This document shows positions 8,669-16,862 of a stretch of 64,000 nucleotides of DNA, piece after piece (the stretch's first letter is position 1; every line of letters begins with the position of its first letter). The position numbers were made by a program, and so were the translations under genes. The stretch lies in IMG/VR virus record IMGVR_UViG_3300008121_000011; one strand, 5' to 3'. Below the pieces are notes generated by a model, which worked only from the letters and a program-made list of their open reading frames with translations, did no database searches and was not told where the DNA came from. Origin of the DNA: a virus.

Positions 8669-10396
8669 TAACAGATCCCAAAAACCAAGCTGAGAGCCAA
8701 TATTAGGATCGATTTGCGCGGATCGCTTACGAGATTGCAATTTAGAGTCGGCTTTAGATAGTGATTTTAAATCTTGCCATAGCTCAAAGTCTTGTGGTGA
8801 TTGGTTTTCAGAGTTTGCGCGAGTGGTTAGGTTGCGATCTAGCTGTAAATCATTGTCTGGTAAGGGCTTAAGCTTATCAGCTTCCAATCTTTTATCAGTA
8901 CTATTTACAGCCCCGCTTTCGCGGTTGATTGCGGGAGTTGTTTCTCCTCCCGATCCTTTCTTACTCTTGCGAGTCTTACTCGGTTGGCGCTTCTTCCCAT
9001 GCGTTGCATGATCCACGCCCTTAAATTCCCCCGATGAAGCGGGGTATGGTATCAGTACCAAGCCTTTAAAAGCAACATTACGGATAACGGTTGAGGCGTT
9101 GTTATCTGCGTTGTCACCATGACCACAATTCAAGCATTTAAAAACAGCTTGAGATGGTCGAAACTTTTCGGAATAGTAGCCACACTGAGAGCAACCTTGA
9201 GAAGTGTGCGGTGCGGGTACTTTCACAAATATTCTTTCTGATGCTTTAGATTTAGTCTCTAGCATCGTCTTTGTTTTACCGATCGCCACATCATGAAGCG
9301 ATTTATTTAAACCAGCTTTAGCAGCCGATCCGTTGGGTAGAAAAGCGCCATTTTCACCAGCTTTCGCCTTTGGTGCGCGTACCATATTTTTAACTTTGGT
9401 ATCTTCAATGGCGATGCTTTGATATTCACTTACATATTTTGAAGTGAGCTTATGGATAAAGCGATCCCTTTGCCTAGCGATTTTAAGATGCGCTTTAGCT
9501 AGTTTAGAGCGTTTAGCTTTTAGCCTGTTAGAGCCATCTTTTGAGCGAGAGATAGAGCGCTGAATACGAGCTAATTTCTTAGCTTGCATCTTTGCGTAAC
9601 GCTTAGATTTGTGTAGTCTCCCATCACTATCTGCAATAGGAGCGACTACACCAAAATCTAAACCTACTTCTTGCTTTTTTGCTGGTTTAACGGGCTTTAC
9701 ATCTACCGTGCTAGTGAATTGCACATAATAACCATCAGCTTTTTGGACGATGCGTACAATCGTATGATTGCCAGCATAGCGACGGTAGAATCCCTTGCAT
9801 TTGATTTGTCCTAGTCTTGGATAATCAATTAATGCATTGTCATTACCCAAGGGCAAAATATTAACGTATATCCGACCGTTGCCATTAGAAAAGCTTTCTA
9901 ATTTATCAGCTTTCTTTTTGTAACGTGGTCTGCCTTTTTTTCCCTTGCGGTACTGAGTCCATGCATCAATTAGGTTATCCACAACAGATCGCCGTGATTC
10001 GCCATCAATAGAGTGTAGAAAATCAGGACACCGCATATTAGCGATAAAGCGATAATTTTTAACGTGCTTAAATGGCTCTTCAATATCCCGATGTTTGCGG
10101 ATGTCGCATTTATCAGGATAGTAAGCACAGCAAAGCCCGTATTGATTATCAGGATTTACATACTCAATCCCGTCGATTTTGCATGATTTTCGCCATTGCC
10201 ATACTTCAGGACTATACTCTGCCCATTCTTGTTTTGCCCTCCAATAACGTTGCTGATCTTCCTCAAGCAGACTTAAACCAACATTCCATACCCATTTAAG
10301 TTGAGTAAGCCACAAATCAATTTGTGTGCTTTGCTCAATCGTGGGAGACAACTTAAATTCAGTTATCTTTTTAGTAGTGGCTTCATTGCTAGTCAT
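8651..10396 (-). CDS. TnpB/Cas12-like RuvC nuclease (type V-like effector candidate)
   Basis: 581 aa. TnpB-type N-terminus (FKLSPTIEQ...WVWN). RuvC-I GLDFGV, RuvC-II IAIEDT, Zn ribbon CSQCG...CLNCG, RuvC-III GDNADNNAS. About 130-aa low-complexity C-terminal tail. Confidence 0.85.
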   Translation of the reverse strand: MTSNEATTKKITEFKLSPTIEQSTQIDLWLTQLKWVWNVGLSLLEEDQQRYWRAKQEWAEYSPEVWQWRKSCKIDGIEYVNPDNQYGLCCAYYPDKCDIRKHRDIEEPFKHVKNYRFIANMRCPDFLHSIDGESRRSVVDNLIDAWTQYRKGKKGRPRYKKKADKLESFSNGNGRIYVNILPLGNDNALIDYPRLGQIKCKGFYRRYAGNHTIVRIVQKADGYYVQFTSTVDVKPVKPAKKQEVGLDFGVVAPIADSDGRLHKSKRYAKMQAKKLARIQRSISRSKDGSNRLKAKRSKLAKAHLKIARQRDRFIHKLTSKYVSEYQSIAIEDTKVKNMVRAPKAKAGENGAFLPNGSAAKAGLNKSLHDVAIGKTKTMLETKSKASERIFVKVPAPHTSQGCSQCGYYSEKFRPSQAVFKCLNCGHGDNADNNASTVIRNVAFKGLVLIPYPASSGEFKGVDHATHGKKRQPSKTRKSKKGSGGETTPAINRESGAVNSTDKRLEADKLKPLPDNDLQLDRNLTTRANSENQSPQDFELWQDLKSLSKADSKLQSRKRSAQIDPNIGSQLGFWDLLGETSG

Positions 10397-10460
10397 ATAC
10401 TGATAGTATCATAGTATTGATACTATTGACAAGCTTTTAATACAAGCTTTTAATTGTGAT
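10397..10460. promoter_or_regulatory. divergent promoter/operator region between nuclease and HTH genes
   Basis: Inverted ATAGTATCA (10403-10411) / TGATACTAT (10418-10426), each reading TGATACTAT (extended -10-like) toward its gene. TTGACA at 10427. Direct repeat aagcttttaat at 10431 and 10444. Confidence 0.45.
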
Positions 10461-10670
10461 ATGGCTTTAAGAAATATAGTTAAAGAATTTCTGGAAGAAA
10501 GAAAAATAACCGCTTATCAGTTCGTCAAAGAAACGGGGATAAGCGGTACAACTGGCTATGAGTTAGCGCGTAACCCTTGGCATATACCATCTACAGGCTC
10601 AATCGCTAAAATCTGCGATACCTACAAAATTCAACCATCTGAAATTGTTGTTTGGGTAGGGAATGAATAA
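10461..10670 (+). CDS. XRE-family helix-turn-helix regulator
   Basis: 69 aa; ITAYQFVKETGISGTTGYELARN is a classic HTH; divergent from the nuclease gene. Confidence 0.7.
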   Translation: MALRNIVKEFLEERKITAYQFVKETGISGTTGYELARNPWHIPSTGSIAKICDTYKIQPSEIVVWVGNE

Positions 10671-10740
10671 CAGCCGCATAAGCTAAAATCATGAAGCAAG
10701 GTTAAACCCTATTATTAGCGTTGAGTCAGCCCCTTGCAAC

Positions 10741-10773
10741 AAAAAAGCCGATCGCTTGTTGGTCGGCTTTTTT
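10741..10773. terminator. bidirectional rho-independent terminator
   Basis: A6, then gccgatc / ggtcggc stem (7 bp with one G-U), then T6. Confidence 0.6.
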
Positions 10774-11045
10774 GTTGCGTAATCTCCTATACAAAATCCT
10801 GCGAGATACTTGCAATAATTAACCAACCTATCAAAACAAGACTATGCAAGTTTGCGATATTTGCGGCGCTGAAGAGACTAATGGTAATATCTCCTTATCA
10901 GCCGACCGCAATCGGCATATATCTGTATCTAACAAGGACTTGCATTATACAAGGTGTTGCCAGATCGCTATCAGCCGAGGGCGCAAAGGTTGTTTGAATA
11001 GATTAGGAAAAGTTATAGATCTTTCTACTCTGTTTAGTGTTTAGA

Positions 11046-14000
11046 TTACAAACTCAACGCCGCCGCCCGTTGCATCTCTCTCTGAATCTGTAAAGCAATC
11101 TCTGTAGCATTACCACTACCAGTCGTCACGTTTACGTTATAGGTTTTATTGCCTCCTGAATTATTAAGCACGTTCTTGGTTTGATTTGCAGGTAGGACAT
11201 TAGAGCCTCTAGGCAATGTCACAAGCTCAGCACCTCGTTCTCCTACCAATGCCATACCGCCGCGGAAGTTTGTAACACCACTAGCAAAAGCAGGAACTTT
11301 GCCTACCCCTACAGCGCCGCTAAGTGGTGAAGCCCCTTTGGCGACTGATAGAGCGCTGATAATTTGCTGTGCAGACTTACCAAGGATTTGTTGTATCTCA
11401 ATCGCAGACGCTTTATCTAGCGCCCTTTGTTGCTCTTTAAATACTCTCTCACGTTCGATTTTCTGATCCTCAAACGCCCGATCAAGCGCTAGCTCTTTCT
11501 CTTTTTGAGCTAACTTAATCGTCTCTAGCTCAGCATCAGCAGCTTTCCTGAGTTCTAAATCTTCATTAGTTTGCTGTAGTTTTAAAGCACGTTCTTCATC
11601 GGCTTGCTGCTTTTTAATTGCTGCAAGTTCACCTCTCTCGAAAGCTAATTTACTAGCCTGTAATTCAGCTTCGATTTTTTGTTTTTCAGGTTTGAGTACA
11701 GTGTTCTCAAAAGCCAACTTAGCAGCGTTTTGCTCAGCATCAAAAGCCAACTTAGCAGCGTTTAATTCAGCTTCAAAAGCCTTGTCACTAGCTCTCTTGA
11801 CCTCAGTGCGCTTTACATCTTCAGCTTTATCGATTTCAAGCTGCTTGGCTTTGTTGGCTTTCTCCAATTCGTCTAAGGCAAGCTGTACTTTTTTCTGCTC
11901 TTCACCCGTAGCGATCGCGGATACTTGAGCTATTTGCTTGGCTTGAGCAACTAACTGTTCTTGGCTTTGTACTCCGCCCTGTCCTTGGGTCGCTGCTTGT
12001 GCTCTAATGCGTTCTTCTTCTTCGATTTGCGCCGCAATCCTAGCCCGATCTTCGGGCTTGGTAGTGGCGATCGCACCCTCATTACTGATTAATTGCTTAG
12101 CTTTTGACAAAGCCTCAGACGCTTGTTTGTCACGTTGAGCGCGTTGCGCTGCAAACAACTCATCATCTTTGCGTTGCTTTTCTGCCCTCTGTTCCTTAAG
12201 TGCATTTTGCTTATCGTCAAAATCCTGCTTGAGTTTGTTTAGTTTCTCCTCGTTTGCACGTTTCTTGGCATCAAGAGCATCCTCAAGTTGTAGTTTTTTG
12301 GCATTCTGAGTGTCGTCAAATGCGCGTTGCTTATCTTGTAAAGCTAGGGTTTGCTTTTCCTTTAGTGCCTCTGTTTCTAGCGCTTGCTTGCGATCTAGCT
12401 CACCTTTTGCGAGTGCATTTTTTTCTTCAATTGCTTTGATTGCATTGGCATTCTCACGATCTCGTTTGGCTTTGGTGTCTTCAAAGGATCGCTTGATATT
12501 TTTTTCTGCGTCTTGGTTTTGGGCTTCCCTGATTCTTTCAGCTTGCTTGCGTTGTTCATCGATCGCTGATGCTTCCTCTGCTGCTGTACTATTTACCGCA
12601 GCAATTCGATCTTCTAAAAGTTTTTTGCGTTTGGAGAATATTGCAATCTCATTGTTTAGAAGTTTTTGTAAAGCAGGGTTATCAGAAGCGCCTTGAGCTT
12701 GCGCTTTCAAGGAATTAATAGCTAAATCAATATTTTCAACCTGCTCCTTAGTTTCTTTATTAAATTTCGCTACTCCTTCGGCACCTAATCTATTTTTAGC
12801 CCCTGTAGCGTCAATGGCTACACCGTATTTACTCAATACGTTGAGTGATTCGTCGAGGGCTTTGGTATATTCCTTTTGATTTTCAGCAAATACAATTACT
12901 TCTTTTTGTCGCCCCCTTTGCGCCCCAAAAATATCAAAGGTTGCGCCTTGCCTTCCTAGCCCGTCATCAGTGGTTTGTTCAGGCGGCGCTAACTTACCTC
13001 GTTGCGCTTGTAATTCTGCTAATTTTTGCTTGTAATCCTGCAAGCTTTTTGTCGATTCCGAAACATTAAAAGCTGATGATAATTGCTTACCTACTGCAAT
13101 TAGTGGAATCGCAGCAATAGCAATTAACCCCAATGGCGTTGTCAGTGCATACGCCGCTACACTAGCAGCCGTGAGCGCACCTGTTAGCACTCCCGTACCT
13201 ACAGCAAGTGCCCCTTGAGCGATCGCCGCTAATCCCGCTTTAGTGGTTAGCAGTGTAAAGGCATTACTAGCTAGGGTAGTCGCAAAGGTGAGGGCATTAG
13301 CACCAAAAGCTGCAATACCAGCCGCCCCACCAAATAACTTTAACCCCCCAACAAAAGCTGGAGCTGCCGCGCCGATCGCTGTAAGAGCCGCACCTAATGT
13401 AGCAATACCGCCAGTTAGTCCAATAATCGCGCCTAAACCTACTTGAATTGGTGCAGGTAATTGGTTGAATACGTCAACAGCCGCGCCTACAACCGCTATT
13501 AATGGCGCAAATGCTGTTTGTGTACCACGTCCTAAATTTACTAAAGCTTCATTGATTTTGTTGATTGCTGTTGTTATTGTCCCTTCAGCAGATTTAGCAA
13601 CAACATCAAAACCAGTTTGCGCTTTGCCCGAAGCATTGCCAACAGCTACTAGATTCTCATTAAAGTTCTTAAGGTCGTCGTTAAGTAAAGGGACAACAGC
13701 AGTTAAACCATCAATATCTGTAAAGATTTTAGATAGCTGACTACTGGTGGTTAGGCCAGCCGCTTTTAATCGATTGAGTACACCTGTTAATCCTTCAGTT
13801 TTAAGCGTTGTAGCAGCGTTAGTGATCCCAATAGCCTCCAACACTTTTTGTGCGGATTGCGTGGGCTTGACCAAGTTGACAATCGCCTGTCTAATACCAC
13901 TAACCGCAGTCTCGGTTTTAACGCCTTTAATCGTAACGCTTGCTATGGCAGCGTTTAACTCGTTTAGTGTTACGCCCGCACTTGCAGCAATTGGCGCAAC

Positions 14001-14597
14001 TTTACCAAGCTGACCAGCAAATAATCCGATTGTAGTTTTACCTTTATCTTGGACTACTGCTAATTGGTCTACTACCTTAGCAGCATCGCTAGCAGCTAAA
14101 CCATAGGCATTCAAAATTGAGGTAGTTGCATCAGCTACCGTAGCTGTGTCAGTAAAACCAGCCTTAGCACCTAATACCGATACTCTGGCAATCTCTGATG
14201 CATCAGCAGCATTAATAAATCCACTAGATAGAATTTCGTATTGTGCTGTTAATATTTCGGTGCTGGTTACTTGATTGTTTAAATCCTTTGATAGCTTGAT
14301 AGCTGTATTAGCAAAAGCGTTAGATTGAGTAGATAATGTCGCTACTTTAGTTTTGGCAGTATCAAAAGCCAAAAAAGCTTGATTAGCAGCACTAGAAACT
14401 TGATTGAAAGTAGTACCAATCCGTTCTAATGTCTGCGATGTGTTTTGTAATTGCTCAGCTAAATCTCTAGCTTTCTCAGTAGTTGCACCAATAAATTGAT
14501 TAAAAGTTACAGGGCTAGCATCTTCAAATCCTTTTCCGATTTTTTCTAGATTGAGTTTATTGATTTCGCTGTAGTTTTTTGAGCGAAGCTTCAGCAA
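11046..14597 (-). CDS. tail tape measure protein
   Basis: 1183 aa. Tape-measure core-like region (LGAKAGFTDTATVADATTSILNAYGL). Gly/Ala hydrophobic segment, long Lys/Glu/Ala coiled coil, C-terminal GGMALVGERGAELV motif. Annotated start is TTG; see 14557..14736. Confidence 0.85.
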   Translation of the reverse strand: MLKLRSKNYSEINKLNLEKIGKGFEDASPVTFNQFIGATTEKARDLAEQLQNTSQTLERIGTTFNQVSSAANQAFLAFDTAKTKVATLSTQSNAFANTAIKLSKDLNNQVTSTEILTAQYEILSSGFINAADASEIARVSVLGAKAGFTDTATVADATTSILNAYGLAASDAAKVVDQLAVVQDKGKTTIGLFAGQLGKVAPIAASAGVTLNELNAAIASVTIKGVKTETAVSGIRQAIVNLVKPTQSAQKVLEAIGITNAATTLKTEGLTGVLNRLKAAGLTTSSQLSKIFTDIDGLTAVVPLLNDDLKNFNENLVAVGNASGKAQTGFDVVAKSAEGTITTAINKINEALVNLGRGTQTAFAPLIAVVGAAVDVFNQLPAPIQVGLGAIIGLTGGIATLGAALTAIGAAAPAFVGGLKLFGGAAGIAAFGANALTFATTLASNAFTLLTTKAGLAAIAQGALAVGTGVLTGALTAASVAAYALTTPLGLIAIAAIPLIAVGKQLSSAFNVSESTKSLQDYKQKLAELQAQRGKLAPPEQTTDDGLGRQGATFDIFGAQRGRQKEVIVFAENQKEYTKALDESLNVLSKYGVAIDATGAKNRLGAEGVAKFNKETKEQVENIDLAINSLKAQAQGASDNPALQKLLNNEIAIFSKRKKLLEDRIAAVNSTAAEEASAIDEQRKQAERIREAQNQDAEKNIKRSFEDTKAKRDRENANAIKAIEEKNALAKGELDRKQALETEALKEKQTLALQDKQRAFDDTQNAKKLQLEDALDAKKRANEEKLNKLKQDFDDKQNALKEQRAEKQRKDDELFAAQRAQRDKQASEALSKAKQLISNEGAIATTKPEDRARIAAQIEEEERIRAQAATQGQGGVQSQEQLVAQAKQIAQVSAIATGEEQKKVQLALDELEKANKAKQLEIDKAEDVKRTEVKRASDKAFEAELNAAKLAFDAEQNAAKLAFENTVLKPEKQKIEAELQASKLAFERGELAAIKKQQADEERALKLQQTNEDLELRKAADAELETIKLAQKEKELALDRAFEDQKIERERVFKEQQRALDKASAIEIQQILGKSAQQIISALSVAKGASPLSGAVGVGKVPAFASGVTNFRGGMALVGERGAELVTLPRGSNVLPANQTKNVLNNSGGNKTYNVNVTTGSGNATEIALQIQREMQRAAALSL

Positions 14598-14736
14598 TTT
14601 TTGCTGATTCCGCGCCGCCCAAATTTAAGACAGGTGCTTTGATATTACCGATCGCAGATTGCAAAGTTTTGATGTCACTGATCGCCTTGTCGATGCCATC
14701 AAAACTTACTCTAATTGCGTAATTCTCATCAGCCAT
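14557..14736 (-). CDS. 59-aa ORF, probable true N-terminus of tape measure separated by a 1-nt frame change
   Basis: ATG 14736 lies 2 nt after the stop of the chaperone T frame. The ORF runs into the tape-measure frame across an A6 run (14575-14580 on plus as T6). Removing one A fuses the frames. Confidence 0.4.
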   Translation of the reverse strand: MADENYAIRVSFDGIDKAISDIKTLQSAIGNIKAPVLNLGGAESAKIAEASLKKLQRNQ

Positions 14737-14738
14737 AT

Positions 14739-15065
14739 CTAGTCACCCGCTAATAATTCAATCGTCTCGTAATCGCAAATTTCTACAACCCAATTCGGGA
14801 TCTTGCCTTTCTTAAACAGCAAAGCAAACTTCTTGGCAAAGGTTACAGACATCCGTTTTTTGGCTTGCATTCTACGCAATGCTTGCAGTGAAGGGGTAAG
14901 CGATCTAAAGGCTTTCTCACGGTCTTTAAAATCACCAGTAGCTAGGGTATTCCGCGCCGCAATCACCTCTAGTTCAGCCGATCGCTGTAACTCTTGCTCG
15001 TTAATATAAGCAAGATATTGCCTAATTACGCTGATTCGAGTAGACCCGAAATCTCCACTAAATTT
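14739..15065 (-). CDS. tail assembly chaperone T extension (-1 frame, expressed as G-T fusion)
   Basis: The -1 frame relative to 15026..15487 is open from beyond the slippery site down to the stop at 14739. Confidence 0.5.
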   Translation of the reverse strand, partial: KFSGDFGSTRISVIRQYLAYINEQELQRSAELEVIAARNTLATGDFKDREKAFRSLTPSLQALRRMQAKKRMSVTFAKKFALLFKKGKIPNWVVEICDYETIELLAGD

Positions 15066-15487
15066 GTCTCGGAATCTTGATCCTGTGAGTTTGAGGTAGA
15101 TTTGATTCCACTCTTCCTCGATGTCTTTAACGGTACGGTTGGACTTCCGTCCTTTCCCTCAGTCACGAGTTCATCAAGTTCATAGTTTTCAGTAATTCCC
15201 TCGCGTTCAGATACAAAAGTTAGCCACAAAGCCTCGATCAAAAGTATTGACTTTTTGAGTTGTGCTGTAATTTCTTCACGGCTTACAGATAATCGCACTG
15301 CCAACCATGCCGATACCTGTACGATTTTCCACTCAGTATTGGCACTGGTCGAGCTTAAATCAATAGCGATCGCTTTATCGACTGCAATCGCTTCATCTAC
15401 GGTTAATTCCCCTAGTAAAGGAATTTCAACACCAAAAACGGTTTTAGATTTAAAGGGAGGCTTTTGCTCAATCTCAAAAATTAGCAT
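15026..15487 (-). CDS. tail assembly chaperone (G-like)
   Basis: 153-aa acidic ORF between the major-tail-like gene and the tape measure; slippery site near its 3' end. Confidence 0.6.
   Translation of the reverse strand: MLIFEIEQKPPFKSKTVFGVEIPLLGELTVDEAIAVDKAIAIDLSSTSANTEWKIVQVSAWLAVRLSVSREEITAQLKKSILLIEALWLTFVSEREGITENYELDELVTEGKDGSPTVPLKTSRKSGIKSTSNSQDQDSETNLVEISGLLESA
15059..15065 (-). other. -1 programmed frameshift heptamer A AAT TTA
   Basis: In the zero frame of 15026..15487 the codons read ACA AAT TTA, which fits X XXY YYZ. It lies 31 nt before the G stop. Confidence 0.5.
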
Positions 15488-15693
15488 ATTTGCAAAGTGA
15501 TATTTTGATGTGTATTAATATCGGTCTTTGGGATTAATACAGTGGCAACCAAAACGCGATCGCCGCTGTATAAATCCACTTTTGTTTCTTGCGTAAACTC
15601 TTCCCTTAGATAAAGCATTTCGGCAATAAGCTGCGATCCGTTTATGGTGCAGCCTATTGCGTATGCTTTAGGAGAGATTAGAAAGTCATGCAT
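15481..15693 (-). CDS. hypothetical small protein
   Basis: 70-aa ORF, overlaps neighbours by 1 and 7 nt. Confidence 0.4.
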   Translation of the reverse strand: MHDFLISPKAYAIGCTINGSQLIAEMLYLREEFTQETKVDLYSGDRVLVATVLIPKTDINTHQNITLQIC

Positions 15694-16472
15694 TAGGTGA
15701 CAACAGCGGGATCTGTGAATACACTACCGTTGGCCTTGAAAGGTAAGCTTTGCTTGCTAATCGCTCCAGCCTGTACGTCAATAGTCTGGTCTGTGCAATA
15801 GCAGATAGCACGGCGAACCAATCCCGAAGTATAACCAGCCGCAGGGGGCGGAGTAGTGACAACTACCCACATATAATTCCCTGGGGTTGAAATCACGGTA
15901 GTGCCATCGATCGCAGTTGCGCCGATCGTCAAGTTGGCTACGGTAGTTAGCCCAGCATCGATAGAACTAAACGCACCATCACAGCTAAATTCACCCGCGC
16001 CACTAACGATTTGACCTTGATCGAATAAAGTGCTATCAAAGGTTCGCAACTGTTCATCAGCGAGGGTTACTGTACCTGTAGCTGTTGAACGCGCTCCAAG
16101 GGGAATAAAATTAGAGCTGGTGCTGTTGATCGGTATTGCAAGATGATTTGCGTCTAATGCAATTGAGCCAGTGGCAGTGTACGGCCCCGACCCAGTGCTT
16201 AACGCCGTGCTGACAGCAGTTGTAACCGTTGCGCTAACTACGTTTCCAGTTACTGGATCGGTAAATGGCAGACAAGTTCCAGCAGGGATCTTAATGGTTT
16301 GCCCAGCCGTTGCAACGCTATAAGATACTGCAACAGTGACAGCGTTTTTAGTAGCAGCCGTGGTAACGGTAATCGCAATGCGCTTAGGGTAATTAGTATC
16401 ACCTTTACCTAAAGGCACGATCTCAACTTTAGCGCCATTACCCGTTTCAAATGTCGTGAGATTCTCACCCAT
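15693..16472 (-). CDS. major tail protein-like
   Basis: 259-aa Thr/Ala/Gly/Val-rich beta-type ORF immediately upstream of the chaperone genes. Confidence 0.5.
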   Translation of the reverse strand: MGENLTTFETGNGAKVEIVPLGKGDTNYPKRIAITVTTAATKNAVTVAVSYSVATAGQTIKIPAGTCLPFTDPVTGNVVSATVTTAVSTALSTGSGPYTATGSIALDANHLAIPINSTSSNFIPLGARSTATGTVTLADEQLRTFDSTLFDQGQIVSGAGEFSCDGAFSSIDAGLTTVANLTIGATAIDGTTVISTPGNYMWVVVTTPPPAAGYTSGLVRRAICYCTDQTIDVQAGAISKQSLPFKANGSVFTDPAVVT

Positions 16473-16571
16473 GATTTTAATCCTAGATACTTTACCCTCT
16501 AGGATTGCATCAATAAATAGCTATAATATTGAGTACGGACTGTTTACGGACTAACTACGGACTGAGATTTT

Positions 16572-16778
16572 ATGGCTGAAAGTTTAAGCAAGTTTTATCA
16601 ATTAAAAGACGATGCGCAACAAGCTTTTTTGTTTTGCGATCAAGTTATGGCGGCGCTTGGCAATCCTGATAATGCGATCGCCAAGATCAAAGAATTATCA
16701 GAGCAATCACAACTACTAAGCGAGATTGGCGACATTCTAAGAATGGCTAATGCACAATGCTTTGACCATCGCAGATGA
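16572..16778 (+). CDS. hypothetical protein with AIAKIKEL motif
   Basis: 68 aa; motif NAIAKIKELSEQ is shared with 16863..17714. Confidence 0.4.
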   Translation: MAESLSKFYQLKDDAQQAFLFCDQVMAALGNPDNAIAKIKELSEQSQLLSEIGDILRMANAQCFDHRR

Positions 16779-16862
16779 TTCCGAGGATTATGCGACATTC
16801 ACGCAGCTCTTTTTAAAAAGCGTAGTGAGTATGAGATTTATGGCAGTCGCATTATTAATGAT

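Noticed and set aside
8881-8889. CTTCCAATC 9-mer inside the nuclease ORF, considered as a sixth buried repeat or an anti-repeat
   Set aside because: Only the first 9-10 nt match and it is in the same orientation, so it is not an anti-repeat. A single 9-mer match in 64 kb is within chance expectation.
8651-10396. Annotating the nuclease as an IS200/IS605 or IS607 mobile element
   Set aside because: There is no tnpA and no recognisable subterminal hairpin ends. The 3' flank is a repeat-spacer array rather than a single right end. Mobility cannot be supported from the sequence.
10734-11044. Two overlapping plus-strand ORFs (87 and 66 aa) between the HTH gene and the tape measure
   Set aside because: The first spans the bidirectional terminator. 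Neither has a convincing ribosome-binding site. The CDICG motif alone is insufficient, so the region is left unannotated.
11692-14013. Plus-strand ORFs of 61-128 aa inside the tape measure gene (11692..11928, 12254..12439, 12310..12696, 12845..13069, 13243..13446, 13465..13740, 13747..14013)
   Set aside because: They are antisense to a long, well-supported ORF. Their Ala/Ser/Leu-rich translations are what the reverse strand of Ala/Lys/Glu-rich coiled-coil coding gives. They have no independent start context.
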